DNA of 64,000 nucleotides. Origin: Bacteroidales bacterium. Its GTDB lineage: Bacteria > Bacteroidota > Bacteroidia > Bacteroidales > UBA4417. The translations under genes were made by a program, and so were the position numbers. This document shows positions 43,133-54,107 of the stretch, one piece after another. The stretch lies in NCBI GenBank assembly GCA_035403165.1, contig DAONEP010000007.1, positions 542-64,541 of the forward strand. Direction: 5' to 3'. The notes beneath the pieces were generated by a model. The model searched no databases. It saw only the letters and a program-made list of their open reading frames with translations, and was not told the DNA's origin. How positions within the stretch are numbered: the first letter of the stretch is position 1; each line of letters opens with the position of its first letter.

Positions 43133-44956
43133 TCAACATATCCCCGATTTTTTTCTTTTGCGGAAGGCCATATAAACCAGTACTCCAATCACCACAAAAA
43201 CGCTCAATAAAAGGATGCGGGCCAGGTCAATATAAAATACTCTGTTCACAACACTTCCGGTGTACAGCACATCGCCGGTATGTAAAAAGTCACCGCAATG
43301 CACTGCCGGAATATCACGATCCATGATTTTATAACGGAGCGGCGTTTTTATCCCCCCGGCCGTATCGGTGACACAGATGTATTTTGAACCATTGAGGACG
43401 TATACCGAGTCGACCTGTCCGTCACGTTCGGCAAAAAATTTATCCGAGAAGTATGATTTATTAGGGCCGATTCCCTGGTGCTTTAATTGGCCAATAATAC
43501 TTTCATTATGCAATTTCCATCCTTTCAGGCTTATCCTGTTCCATTCGTCGTTTGCCGGCCTGACAAGGGAGCCTAGAAATACGGCCAGGAGCATGAAGGG
43601 CGTAATCCATTTGATAATGTATCTGTATACAACGGGAATTTTGATATCAGCGCCATGGGTAATCTCCTTCCATCCCTTTTTCATTCCGAAAACCCATGAG
43701 AATAATATCATTTCAAATGTCGCAAACAATACCAGTGAAACTGTTCCCGCCCAGTAATCATATTCGTCGAGCACTCCCTGCTGGAAGAACAACACGGTAG
43801 GCAAGCCAAGTACTAGGACAGCCACGCCGAAAGCCAATGCCGAACTTTTTCGTTTCCAGTTAAACTCATCCATCAGGAACGACATCACCGGCGTTCCCAT
43901 TGCCAGCGAGCTTGTGATCCCGGCAAAGAACAGCAAACCAAAGAATGCAATACCTGCCATTGCCGACAGCAACGTTCCCCACTGGGCAAAAAGGTACGGC
44001 ATAATACGGAAACCAAGCCCGAGGCCGCCAAGCCGGGTCAGTTCCACCACTTTATCAATACCGAAATAACCTATTGAAATAGGGATGATGATGGCGCTCC
44101 CCAGCACCACTTCTACAAATTCATTCATCCAGCCTGCCGACATGGCGTTCAGGGCAATATCGTCTTTATGCTTAACATATGAGGCATAACATTGTACCGA
44201 CCCTTGTCCCAGCGAGAGCGTGAAGAATATCTGGCCGGCAGCCGCCAGCCATACCTTGGGATTGGTGAGGGAAGTAAAATCGGGTGTCCAAAGAAAATTC
44301 AGCCCTACTGTGCCGTCAAAAGCAGCGCCCATGCTTCCGGCTTTCAGCGTAATCCCCCTGACTGCCAGAAAAACCCCGAACACAATAAGCAACGGCACTC
44401 CGATTTTTGCAACCTTTTCAACGCCGCCACTCAATCCGCGGCAAAGCACCCACACATTTAATGCAAGGCAAAGCACAAAGAACACTATGGCTTCAAACGG
44501 GATTCCCGTTGTAGTTGTGCTGATATCGACATAGTTATTGAAAAATTCGGCAACGCCATGCTGGTCCAGATGATTGAACGATCCGATAGCGGAATGTATC
44601 GTATAACTCAGCGTCCAGCTCTCGATATAACAATAATATGAAGCAATGGCTATGTTTGAAAAAATTCCGAAAACCCCTATATATTTCCAAAACCACCGGT
44701 TGCCCATCCTGTTAAAAGTCAACGGGGTGGTGTGATGCCCGAACTGACCACCATATCGGCCGGTAGCCCATTCAACGAATAACAGGGGAACGCCAAGCAG
44801 AAGAAAACATACAAGGTAAGGGATAATGAAAGCCCCTCCCCCGTTTTGAACAGCCTGCATCGGAAAACGTAAGAAATTTCCCAGCCCAACTGCATTGCCT
44901 GCCATAGCAAGAATAAGCCCTACGCGGGTTCCCCATGATTCTTTGTTTGTACTCAT
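43133..44956 (-). CDS. Sodium-dependent NSS (SNF) family transporter with C-terminal extension
   Basis: The N-terminal signature W..R.G..LA.AG.AVGLGNFLRFP. Confidence 0.88.
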   Translation of the reverse strand: MSTNKESWGTRVGLILAMAGNAVGLGNFLRFPMQAVQNGGGAFIIPYLVCFLLLGVPLLFVEWATGRYGGQFGHHTTPLTFNRMGNRWFWKYIGVFGIFSNIAIASYYCYIESWTLSYTIHSAIGSFNHLDQHGVAEFFNNYVDISTTTTGIPFEAIVFFVLCLALNVWVLCRGLSGGVEKVAKIGVPLLIVFGVFLAVRGITLKAGSMGAAFDGTVGLNFLWTPDFTSLTNPKVWLAAAGQIFFTLSLGQGSVQCYASYVKHKDDIALNAMSAGWMNEFVEVVLGSAIIIPISIGYFGIDKVVELTRLGGLGLGFRIMPYLFAQWGTLLSAMAGIAFFGLLFFAGITSSLAMGTPVMSFLMDEFNWKRKSSALAFGVAVLVLGLPTVLFFQQGVLDEYDYWAGTVSLVLFATFEMILFSWVFGMKKGWKEITHGADIKIPVVYRYIIKWITPFMLLAVFLGSLVRPANDEWNRISLKGWKLHNESIIGQLKHQGIGPNKSYFSDKFFAERDGQVDSVYVLNGSKYICVTDTAGGIKTPLRYKIMDRDIPAVHCGDFLHTGDVLYTGSVVNRVFYIDLARILLLSVFVVIGVLVYMAFRKRKKSGIC

Positions 44957-45030
44957 TTTTAGTTAATCGTTATTAGTTTTTATTTAGTGTTGACCTGAGT
45001 TATGTGAAAATTCAATTTCAGCAGACAATA

Positions 45031-46302
45031 TCAGCTATTTCTCAACAGCGCATTGCCGATACCGCACGAAAGGCATTTTTTTAAATCGCAGTATTGTGTT
45101 TTCAGTTCTATCAGGGCTTGTGACTGTGCTGCCGATGCAATGCCAATTCCCAGATTGCTCCACCGCTTTGTGATTGAGTTTTGCTCTGCATTTATTTCAC
45201 CAAGCAATTCCACAGGTTTCGCCATGAGGCCTGCATTGCCTTTATGCCGGCCATACACAAACAACAGCGGCGCAACCAGATTGATAATTAACAGGTTAAT
45301 CGAATCGGCGCCCAACGTTTTTCGCCTCGCCTGTGCAACCTTATCGAAGACATAATGATTTTTCCAATAGGCTGAGGCTTCACTTTTGAATAAGAGGGCA
45401 TAGGAAGAAATATCCCCTGCTTCAATCGTTTTCGAAAACAGCCCGTTGGAGTGATGAATAATGGAAGCAAACTGGGCCAGCCGCAACGTTGGGAAATTGC
45501 CGGGATGCAAGCGTGAAAACCGCCACACTTTTCCATCCATCGGTTTTAATGAAAACTTCGATTTCAGGAATTTGTACTCCTGCTGCAGACGGACAGGATA
45601 TTCGTCGGAGAAATTTCCTTTCAGCAGGCCGGCCTGACCGAAAACCATGGCTTCTACCTGGAAAAGGTCGTCCGCATGCTTTTGAAGGTATGAATAAGGC
45701 AGGTTTCCGGCCAGAATTCCGAAGGCTTCGTTGTTAAGTTTAAAGCCCATATTGCGCGCCAACAGGCGATAAAAAACCTCGTTATAATTATGATCCGATG
45801 CCAGCAGCAATTCCTCAACGAAGGAAGATTTCCGTTCCAGTCGCCCGACGAGCAGCCTTTCAAGCCAGGCCGTTTTCACAAATTCATCCACGCCGGCCAC
45901 CATACTTTCGCATGGGATCCAGCTTCGCGAAGCCATAAAATAAAGGTATTTTTTCCAGATATGTTCTTCAATCCTGCCCGAAAGTTCCAGCGTGGGAATC
46001 ATCTCACCGCTTGCCCGGTAAACCTGCTGGTCGTTGTGCCATACCACATGTAAAATAATATTATCGTAGTTCCGGTCTTGCTGGTGCTTATGCCGGTACC
46101 ATTCCGAAGCCTGAACATGCACTTCAACATTACCTGCCCAAACCGTATCCCCGATTTGAATACGGGCATTGAAAAAGTCAGGCCCGGCATCGGTGTTATG
46201 TATCCCGGGGTGTATCACATCAAGGGTTTCACCGGTAGCAAGGCGCAGCCCGGCGCCATAGAGCCTGAATTGCCAGATGTAATGAAGAAAATCCTCAGTC
46301 AT
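45031..46302 (-). CDS. DUF2851 family protein
   Basis: The start MTEDFLHYIWQFRLY is typical of DUF2851. Trimmed from the track ORF. Confidence 0.7.
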   Translation of the reverse strand: MTEDFLHYIWQFRLYGAGLRLATGETLDVIHPGIHNTDAGPDFFNARIQIGDTVWAGNVEVHVQASEWYRHKHQQDRNYDNIILHVVWHNDQQVYRASGEMIPTLELSGRIEEHIWKKYLYFMASRSWIPCESMVAGVDEFVKTAWLERLLVGRLERKSSFVEELLLASDHNYNEVFYRLLARNMGFKLNNEAFGILAGNLPYSYLQKHADDLFQVEAMVFGQAGLLKGNFSDEYPVRLQQEYKFLKSKFSLKPMDGKVWRFSRLHPGNFPTLRLAQFASIIHHSNGLFSKTIEAGDISSYALLFKSEASAYWKNHYVFDKVAQARRKTLGADSINLLIINLVAPLLFVYGRHKGNAGLMAKPVELLGEINAEQNSITKRWSNLGIGIASAAQSQALIELKTQYCDLKKCLSCGIGNALLRNS

Positions 46303-46440
46303 AGGGCTGTTTTTCGATCGGAAAGATATTAAGAAATTGATTTCAATCAATTTATCGTTCCCGATTTTTCAAAAAAAACAGCAATAATTTTTATATGATG
46401 GAAATAATGGACACTTCCAAATCCGGAAATAAGAGGAAAA

Positions 46441-47160
46441 TTATCTGCCGGCATTCACAAGAACGCCGTCAGCCATTACCGGGACAGCCCCGGAAGTATC
46501 CATTCGGAAACAATAGTTCAGGTCATCGGAAAGGCCTTTGTTTAACAGGCGCTGATAATGGGACGATTGCTTTGCAAACCCTTCCGGGCCGGGTTCGGCA
46601 TTTTTCCACAAGAACATGGCAACACGCGTGGCATCGCAGGATGTAGTGAAGTTTTTATTTGCCATGAGTCGGCTTGCCAACGCTCCGGCACACATAGCAT
46701 CTTCGAGGCTGAATGTGTTTTTCCAGCCCGAGCACAGAATCAGGAGGTTTTTGCCCTTATTTTCGATCCAGCGTGACACGGCCGACAGGTTTGAGAACGA
46801 TGCCGCTACCAGCAAATCAGCCTGTTTCCCGGTTTCAATGGCCCGGGTGCCATTGGTTGTTGAATACACCAGCTTTTCGGCTACCTTTTCGGCACGAAGA
46901 AAAGCAACAGGTGAATTCCCGAAGTCGGCAAAATCAAGTTTGTTGCCCTCGCGTTCGGCTGCAACCACACATCCTTTTTCCTTATAACTGCGGGCCTCCT
47001 CAAGGGTCGCCACGGGAAGAATGGACCGGAAGCCCCGGTCAAATGCGGCGCAGAAGGCCGTTGTCGCCCTGAGTACATCAATCACAACAACAATGTGATT
47101 TCCCTGCATCATACGCGCGGGGAAAAGAAGGGGGCTGAAACAGGTTTCGATTGAAAGCAT
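46441..47160 (-). CDS. 2-phosphosulfolactate phosphatase (ComB) family protein
   Basis: VVVIDVLRATT motif and 239-aa length. Confidence 0.7.
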   Translation of the reverse strand: MLSIETCFSPLLFPARMMQGNHIVVVIDVLRATTAFCAAFDRGFRSILPVATLEEARSYKEKGCVVAAEREGNKLDFADFGNSPVAFLRAEKVAEKLVYSTTNGTRAIETGKQADLLVAASFSNLSAVSRWIENKGKNLLILCSGWKNTFSLEDAMCAGALASRLMANKNFTTSCDATRVAMFLWKNAEPGPEGFAKQSSHYQRLLNKGLSDDLNYCFRMDTSGAVPVMADGVLVNAGR

Positions 47161-47323
47161 ACTCTTAGGGATTTATAACGGCCTGATTCATAAAACAGTT
47201 AAAATTAATTTGTTATGATGCGGTTAAACATCTGTTTAGCCCAGCGCAGCCATTCTGTCACAAAGGTACAACCGGTATTGTCGGTTACCGGCTGGCATCC
47301 GGAAGTAAACCGGGTACAAAGAT

Positions 47324-47357
47324 TAAAAAAACCGGACTGCCTGTGCAAGCCCGGTTC
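47324..47357 (-). terminator. Probable terminator of gcvT
   Basis: On the minus strand: aaccgg..ccggtt hairpin followed by T7. Confidence 0.5.
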
Positions 47358-47376
47358 TCTATAATGCATTCCGCTG

Positions 47377-48468
47377 TTATTCAGGTTTATAAAAAGGAGG
47401 ACGTACCACTTTTGCTTTCAGGGCTTTATCGCGGACGCTGATAAAAATTTCAGATCCTTCTTTCGAGAAGGCAACCGGAACATAAGCCATTCCGACAGCT
47501 TTTTTAACGCTTGGGCCCATTGTACCGCTGGTAACAACGCCTATTTTCTGATTTGCGGCATCAACCACATCGTATCCATGGCGGGGAACGCCTTTATCAA
47601 TCAATTCGAAACCGACAAGTTTACGACGCAATCCATTGGCTTTCAGATCGAGCATAAACTGTTTATCGATAAAATTTTTCTCATCGGTAAATTTAGTGAT
47701 CCAACCGAGGCCTGCTTCCAGCGGAGAAGTGGTATCATCAATATCATTACCGTAAAGCATGAAACCCATTTCGAGGCGAAGTGTATCGCGGGCTGCCAGA
47801 CCGATGGGCTTAATGCCGAATTCTTCACCAGCCGCCATAACAGCATTCCAGATGGTAACAGCTTCTTTGTTGGGGAAATATATTTCGCATCCGCCCGAAC
47901 CCGTATAACCGGTCGTGGAGAAGATCACATCCTTAATCCCGGCAAATTCGAGCACCTTGAAAGTATAGTATTCCATATCAGTGACTACCGTATCCGTCAG
48001 CTTTTGCATAGCTTTCAGTGCCAACGGGCCCTGAATGGCAAGCTGGGAAATTTCTTCGGAAGCGTTAACCAGTTCTGCACCAATTGTATTCCGGCTAACC
48101 AGCCAGTTCCAATCTTTATCAACATTTGCGGCATTTACCACAAGCAGGTACTTTTCATCGCCGAATTTATAAACCAGAAGGTCGTCGACTATTCCGCCTT
48201 TGCCGTTTGGAAAACATGAATACTGAACCTTTCCATTCCAGAGTTTTGAAGCATCATTGGAGGTAACATATTGAACAAATTCAAATGCTTTTGGCCCTTT
48301 AACCCAGATCTCGCCCATGTGCGAAACGTCGAACACCCCGAGTTTATGACGGACTGTTTCATGCTCTTCATTGATACCCGAATATTGAACAGGCATATAG
48401 TAGCCTGCGAATTCAACCATTTTTGCGCCCAGCGATTCATGTACCGCCGACAATGCTGTTTTCTTCAT
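47377..48468 (-). CDS. gcvT: Glycine cleavage system aminomethyltransferase
   Basis: The segments [16 protein letters not shown]...G.FDVSHMGE and the 363-aa length. Confidence 0.9.
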   Translation of the reverse strand: MKKTALSAVHESLGAKMVEFAGYYMPVQYSGINEEHETVRHKLGVFDVSHMGEIWVKGPKAFEFVQYVTSNDASKLWNGKVQYSCFPNGKGGIVDDLLVYKFGDEKYLLVVNAANVDKDWNWLVSRNTIGAELVNASEEISQLAIQGPLALKAMQKLTDTVVTDMEYYTFKVLEFAGIKDVIFSTTGYTGSGGCEIYFPNKEAVTIWNAVMAAGEEFGIKPIGLAARDTLRLEMGFMLYGNDIDDTTSPLEAGLGWITKFTDEKNFIDKQFMLDLKANGLRRKLVGFELIDKGVPRHGYDVVDAANQKIGVVTSGTMGPSVKKAVGMAYVPVAFSKEGSEIFISVRDKALKAKVVRPPFYKPE

Positions 48469-48643
48469 GATATATTATGTTAATTTCATTTAAGTGAATT
48501 TGCAAAGATAATGAAAGCCAAATTCCGGCGTTCAAAAATAATTCGCAAATCCAATAAATTTCTAAAGATAATTTAAAATTATGAATAGAAATTTCAACCA
48601 TTCTTGCGAATGTAAAATTTATACTTTTGTAAAAATTTTCGGA

Positions 48644-49633
48644 ATGCTTAAAATTGGTGTTATTGGCGCAGGCCATCTGGGTAAAATTCATATCCGCTGC
48701 TTAAAATCTATTCCCGAATTTACAATTACAGGCTTTTATGACAATGATGAAGATAATTGCAGGGCTGTTGAAACGGAATTCGGCATCCCCTGTTTTGGAA
48801 ACATTGATTCTCTGATTGATTCAAGTGACGCCATTGACATAGTGACCCCCACCCTTTCGCACTTTGAATATGCAGCCGGGGCTTTGAAAAAGTTCAGGCA
48901 CGTGTTTATTGAAAAACCAATTGTCACCACGCCGCAGGAAGCGCTGAAGCTCATGGATATCGCTTCTGAAGCCAATGCAAAAGTTCAGGTTGGTCATGTG
49001 GAAAGATTTAATCCTGCCTTTACGGCTGCTTTGCCATTCATCGACAAGCCTATGTTCATTGAAACGCACCGGCTGGCGGGTTTGCATAACCGCGGCACCG
49101 ATGTCCCCGTGATCCTTGACCTGATGATTCACGATATAGATATTGTCCTTCACACCGTGAAAGCCAATATCAGGAAACTCAGCGCCAGCGGCGTAGCTGT
49201 CGTTAACAGCACTCCCGATATCGCCAATGCGCGGCTTGAATTTGATAACGGCTGTGTCGCCAACCTGACTGCGAGCCGTATCTCAATGAAAAACATGCGC
49301 AAAACCAGGTTCTTTCAACGGGATGCCTATATAACAGTAGATTTCCTGAATAAAGAAACCAGGATAGTCCGGCTGAAAGACCTCAACGGTAAAGAACCTG
49401 ACCCGCTACTGCCTGTGATCACACCTGCCGACAGCAAAACGGAAAAGCAGGTCATCTTCGAGACGCCGGCCATCGAACCGGTCAATGCCATCGAAACCGA
49501 ATTAAGAAGTTTCGCGAGATCCATCCTTCAGAATACCCATCCGGCCGTTTCGATCCTCGACGGTTATAACGCCTTAAAAGTTGCTTATCAGATACTTGAA
49601 AAAGTCGAAAAATCATTAAGCTATCTGGAATAG
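48644..49633 (+). CDS. Gfo/Idh/MocA family oxidoreductase
   Basis: N-terminal MLKIGVIGAGHLGKIH Rossmann motif and an EKP motif (FIEKPI). Confidence 0.8.
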   Translation: MLKIGVIGAGHLGKIHIRCLKSIPEFTITGFYDNDEDNCRAVETEFGIPCFGNIDSLIDSSDAIDIVTPTLSHFEYAAGALKKFRHVFIEKPIVTTPQEALKLMDIASEANAKVQVGHVERFNPAFTAALPFIDKPMFIETHRLAGLHNRGTDVPVILDLMIHDIDIVLHTVKANIRKLSASGVAVVNSTPDIANARLEFDNGCVANLTASRISMKNMRKTRFFQRDAYITVDFLNKETRIVRLKDLNGKEPDPLLPVITPADSKTEKQVIFETPAIEPVNAIETELRSFARSILQNTHPAVSILDGYNALKVAYQILEKVEKSLSYLE

Positions 49634-49718
49634 TTTTTCGAAAAAGTTTTTCCTCTCAAAGCAATAAGGTTATTCATTTCATCGTTCACACACTATTAGT
49701 AAAGGAATTTGCCCGGGC

Positions 49719-50612
49719 ATGAATTTTCGTTATCTCACTCACATTTTTTGCACCCTCTTCTTTGTCACGTCACTCACGATGATGACTTCATGCGATAAGA
49801 CCGATGATGAAGATATTCCTTCCTATATTTCAATTGATTCGATCAGCCTGAACTCACAGTATCAGCAGGGTACTTCATCCCATAAAATCACTGATGCATG
49901 GGTTTATGTCAACAACAAGCTGATCGGGGCTTTTGAATTACCGGATACCATTCCCGTACTGGCTTCCGGGCCATCCAAGGTAGTGATATATCCCGGCGTC
50001 AGAATGAATGGCGTTGCCAGTACCAGAATCCCATACCCGTTCTATAATTTTATCACTTATAATCCGGTTAATCTTGTTCGTGAGAAGGTTTACCCCCTGG
50101 GAAAAATTACAGCGACCTACAACAGCGAAACCGTGGTTGCCTGGAATGAAGATTTTGAAAGCAACAATTTTTCGATTGACACCACACAGAATACCGATGT
50201 TAAACTGATACGGACCAACGACGAGGATAAAGTCTTTAAATATCCCGATGAAACCTCGCACTATTCAGCATTGGCAGAATTCACAGGCGATTCAACCGTT
50301 TTTGAAAGTGTAAGCCATTCCTCTTTCGAACTCCCCCAGGATGGCACAGCCGTTTTCCTGGAATTGAATTATAAAACCAACACACCGCTAACGATCGGCG
50401 TTTACGGGCGCACTGCTACCTATACCGAACAACAGGCTGTTTTTGTTCTTAATCCGAATACCGCATGGAACAAAATATATATTAACCTGACGCCCACCGT
50501 CACTTATCTGAGCGCATGCTACGACTTTCGTATATATTTTAAAGCCATGAAAAGCGAGGATATAGACCAAGCCGAGATTCTGCTCGATAATATCAAATTG
50601 CTGCACTTCTGA
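49719..50612 (+). CDS. Hypothetical lipoprotein
   Basis: Hydrophobic N-terminus ending ..LTMMTSCDK. No recognisable catalytic motif. Confidence 0.5.
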   Translation: MNFRYLTHIFCTLFFVTSLTMMTSCDKTDDEDIPSYISIDSISLNSQYQQGTSSHKITDAWVYVNNKLIGAFELPDTIPVLASGPSKVVIYPGVRMNGVASTRIPYPFYNFITYNPVNLVREKVYPLGKITATYNSETVVAWNEDFESNNFSIDTTQNTDVKLIRTNDEDKVFKYPDETSHYSALAEFTGDSTVFESVSHSSFELPQDGTAVFLELNYKTNTPLTIGVYGRTATYTEQQAVFVLNPNTAWNKIYINLTPTVTYLSACYDFRIYFKAMKSEDIDQAEILLDNIKLLHF

Positions 50613-50625
50613 AATTGAATTGCTT

Positions 50626-52038
50626 ATGAATAAAAAGCTACAAACTGCAAAATACATTCTCGCCGACTTTACATCAGCAGTTCTAGCCTGGAGTTTGTTT
50701 TTTATTTACCGGAAGTCTGTAGAAAACCCCGATACTGACATACTGAACTTAGTACTCAACGACCGTAACTTTTATTTCGGGATCACCTTCATTCCTCTTT
50801 TCTGGCTGTTCCTGTATGCCATAACAGGTTCATACCATCGCGTAACGCGTAAGGCGCGCATGCGCGAACTTGGACAAACGTTGCTTGTTACCCTTATCGG
50901 CATCATCATCATTTTTTTCGCCTTCATCCTTGACGATGTGATTGTAAGCTACCGTACTTATTATCAATCGTTCATCACCATTTTCAGCCTGCAATTCTTT
51001 TTTACCTTCCTGTTCAGATACATTCTCACCTCATCAACCCTTTATAAACTGCGTCACCGGAAAATCGGTTTCAGGACGATTATTGTCGGCAGCAACGGGA
51101 ATGCCATCTCAATTTATAACGAAATTGAAAGCCAGGTAAAATCATCGGGAAACCAGTTTGTTGGTTTTGTTCATGCCGTGGAATACCCCAGTTACAAACT
51201 TGAGAAATATATTCCCCATCTCGGGCATTACAGTGATTTACGGACGCTCATCAAAACGATGAAAATTGATGATGTGATCATCGCCATCGAACGTTCCGAA
51301 CATAGAACCATTGAAAAGATTATTTCGGAAATAGAAGACAGCGATGTATTCATAAAAGTTATACCCGACATGCAAGACTTTCTATTGGGGACCGTCAAGA
51401 CGACCTCAATCTATCAAACGCCCCTCATCCAGATTTCTTTTGACTTTATGCCTCCCTGGCAGTTGGCATTAAAACGGATGCTGGATATAGTTTTATCTGC
51501 ACTGGTTATTATTTGTCTTCTTCCGGTTTACATCTTTTGTGCAATCGGTGTGAAATTATCATCCAAAGGGCCGATATTTTATTCCCAGGAACGAATCGGC
51601 GTCAATGGCAGGAGTTTTATGATCCCGAAATTCCGGTCGATGTATGTTAATGCCGAGCAGGGGACCCCGATGCTTTCGTCGAAAGACGACAACCGGGTCA
51701 CTCCTTTCGGACGGTTTATACGAAAGTACCGTCTGGATGAGATTCCTCAGTTTTTTTCAGTCCTGAAAGGTGATATGTCACTGGTGGGCCCTCGTCCCGA
51801 AAGACAATATTTCATCGAGAAAATTACACAGCGCGCACCACACTATCGTTTGCTGCTGAAAGTAAAACCGGGGATCACATCATGGGGCCAGGTAAAATAC
51901 GGATACGCCGAAAATGTTGACCAGATGATTGAACGACTGAAATTCGACATCCTTTACCTGGAAAACATGTCGCTGGCCATGGATTTCAAAATCATGGCAT
52001 ATACGCTGCTTACGGTAATGAAAGGCAGCGGCCAGTAA
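50626..52038 (+). CDS. Polyprenyl-phosphate glycosyl-1-phosphate transferase (bacterial sugar transferase, WbaP/EpsB-like)
   Basis: N-terminal TM block. C-terminal domain with KFRSM, DE.PQ and GDMSLVGPRPE. Confidence 0.85.
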   Translation: MNKKLQTAKYILADFTSAVLAWSLFFIYRKSVENPDTDILNLVLNDRNFYFGITFIPLFWLFLYAITGSYHRVTRKARMRELGQTLLVTLIGIIIIFFAFILDDVIVSYRTYYQSFITIFSLQFFFTFLFRYILTSSTLYKLRHRKIGFRTIIVGSNGNAISIYNEIESQVKSSGNQFVGFVHAVEYPSYKLEKYIPHLGHYSDLRTLIKTMKIDDVIIAIERSEHRTIEKIISEIEDSDVFIKVIPDMQDFLLGTVKTTSIYQTPLIQISFDFMPPWQLALKRMLDIVLSALVIICLLPVYIFCAIGVKLSSKGPIFYSQERIGVNGRSFMIPKFRSMYVNAEQGTPMLSSKDDNRVTPFGRFIRKYRLDEIPQFFSVLKGDMSLVGPRPERQYFIEKITQRAPHYRLLLKVKPGITSWGQVKYGYAENVDQMIERLKFDILYLENMSLAMDFKIMAYTLLTVMKGSGQ

Positions 52039-52399
52039 TATCGGCGCCTGGGCGGCCGCAAAATCCGATCATATCCCAGCCTCATCCATTTGCGAATGGA
52101 AAACCAGGAAATTTATCAATAACAGCCTTTTACGGTTGCGGCTTTACTGTACCCGTTTACCCCGCTCTTACTGCCGGCCATTAAAAATAATGAAATCGCC
52201 ATTTCCACTGCCCCTTCATCGAACATTTGCCGGAATTGATACCCGCGTGTCAAGACAGTAAACTTTTTTAACAATTTTCTTTGTTTCCAGCCTGTAATGT
52301 ATTATCTTTGATAATAATAAAACTTTCCTGATTTATATTACAACAATAATACTTGTAGTACCGTGAAGAAACCATTTGTTCACATTAAAACAGATAATC

Positions 52400-53386
52400 A
52401 TGAAAACCAGGTTTTTACTCTGTTTGGTACTGCTCTTCACAGGATTATATCTGACCCAATCCTGCGGCCCCCGGAAAAAAGTACCGGTAATCGGATTAAT
52501 GATGGATCAGTTCAACGTTGAGCGTTGGGCAAAGGACACTACATTCTTCATCAATGCCGTCAAGCAATTGGACGGAAAAGTCATATGTGTGACAGCCAAC
52601 GGCGACGCAGAAAAACAACTGGAGCAGGCAAAAATGTTGATTGACAAAGATGTCGACATACTTGTCATAGTGCCGGTGGATGTTAACAAAGCCGCCAAAA
52701 TTGTTGAAGCCGCCAAAAAAGCCTCTATACCAGTCATCTCTTACGACAGGCTGATCCAAAATTCTTTTGTTGATTACTACATCTCATTCGACAATGTCAA
52801 AGTTGGGGAACTGCAGGCTGATTATATCAGAAAAAGGATGGGAAAAGGTAATATAGCCCTGATAGGCGGCCCTGTTTCTGATCAGAATTCATTCTTTCTC
52901 CGGTTTGGCCAACTGGGCGTTCTGGAGCCGTATATCGAAAGAGGCGATATAAAAATTGTGCATGATAAGTATGTGAAAGCATGGTCTTTTATGGAAGGAT
53001 ACCGGGAAGCAGCAGAATGTTTGAAAAATTCAAAAGTTGATGCCATAATTGCCGGCAACGATTTACTTGCCAGGGGGGTCATCAAAGCTTTGGAGGAAAA
53101 AGGGCTGGCCGGTAAAGTATTAGTTATTGGTCAGGATGCTGATTCAGAAGCCTGTGAAAATATCATTAAAGGGTATCAGACCGCTTCAATCTATAAACCC
53201 ATCGAGGATATTGCCGGGAATGCAGCCAAACTTGCCGTTGATATAGCGAGCGGCATACCTGTGATACATGCAACGATTACAACAAATAACGGATTAAGGA
53301 ATGTTCCTTCATTTTTATTAACCCCCACGCTGGTCAATAAAGGGAATATAAATCTGCAGGTACAAACCAAACAGGGAACCAGATAA
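52400..53386 (+). CDS. Periplasmic sugar-binding (PBP type I) lipoprotein
   Basis: Lipobox ..LTQSCG. Overall resemblance to XylF/RbsB-type proteins (VISYDRLI, GGP.SD.N). Confidence 0.7.
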   Translation: MKTRFLLCLVLLFTGLYLTQSCGPRKKVPVIGLMMDQFNVERWAKDTTFFINAVKQLDGKVICVTANGDAEKQLEQAKMLIDKDVDILVIVPVDVNKAAKIVEAAKKASIPVISYDRLIQNSFVDYYISFDNVKVGELQADYIRKRMGKGNIALIGGPVSDQNSFFLRFGQLGVLEPYIERGDIKIVHDKYVKAWSFMEGYREAAECLKNSKVDAIIAGNDLLARGVIKALEEKGLAGKVLVIGQDADSEACENIIKGYQTASIYKPIEDIAGNAAKLAVDIASGIPVIHATITTNNGLRNVPSFLLTPTLVNKGNINLQVQTKQGTR

Positions 53387-53507
53387 GCCGATACCCTCTC
53401 GTAAGGCAGCAGGAGAAAAGCCAATCCTCCCGTTCCGTATATCAGGTTGCGCCATAACTGTTCCCATCGCCCCTGAATAGCGTTATCCGGAAGGCCTAAG
53501 CTCCGGT

Positions 53508-54107
53508 TCAGATGGTTCCGTTCTCGATCATCAGCACTATACGTTCGATGTCTGCATCATCGTGAAGAGGATCGTATTTCACTTTCAGGTTGTAACCAAA
53601 AATACGTGCAAACGATTGCCAGAAAAATGCCTGGAAACGGCCGCGGAAATCTTTAACAATATCATAGGATGAATTGCCTGTTTGTCTGTCGACAAGTTTC
53701 AGCAGAATTTTCCCCTGCGTAAACGTCAATGCTTTAAGTTCTTCCCCAAACTGATCCTGCAGTTCATCTTCAGCCTGCTTCATCATGGCTTTGCGCGTTC
53801 GTTCGCTTTCAACAGCAACAATTTTCCTGCTGTACTCATCAAACTTGATTCCGGCCAGTTTGGCATAAGGCCATGTCTTCTTCACATTATAAACCAGCCT
53901 GTTCCATCTTCTGGCTTCAGCAGAATTCCGAAACGAAATCCTTCCCCACACATAACATTCATCCAGATAAATGATGGGAACAGTATCATTATCAATGATG
54001 ATAGCCGAACAATGAATACCTTTTTCGTCGCGCGGGTTCAGAATTGACTGTGCAACCAACCATCCTGGCATCAGTAACAGCAAACCGATCAGTGTTTTCC
54101 TCAACAT
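53508..54107 (-). CDS. DUF4294 family protein
   Basis: Signal peptide. The ..RLVYNVKKTWPYAKLA.. and ..LTFTQGKILLKLVDRQTG.. pattern is typical of DUF4294. Confidence 0.65.
   Translation of the reverse strand: MLRKTLIGLLLLMPGWLVAQSILNPRDEKGIHCSAIIIDNDTVPIIYLDECYVWGRISFRNSAEARRWNRLVYNVKKTWPYAKLAGIKFDEYSRKIVAVESERTRKAMMKQAEDELQDQFGEELKALTFTQGKILLKLVDRQTGNSSYDIVKDFRGRFQAFFWQSFARIFGYNLKVKYDPLHDDADIERIVLMIENGTI

Noticed and set aside
48469-48643. Looked for a glycine riboswitch upstream of gcvT.
   Set aside because: The leader is AT-rich, with no paired GC-rich stems or conserved glycine-aptamer core visible.
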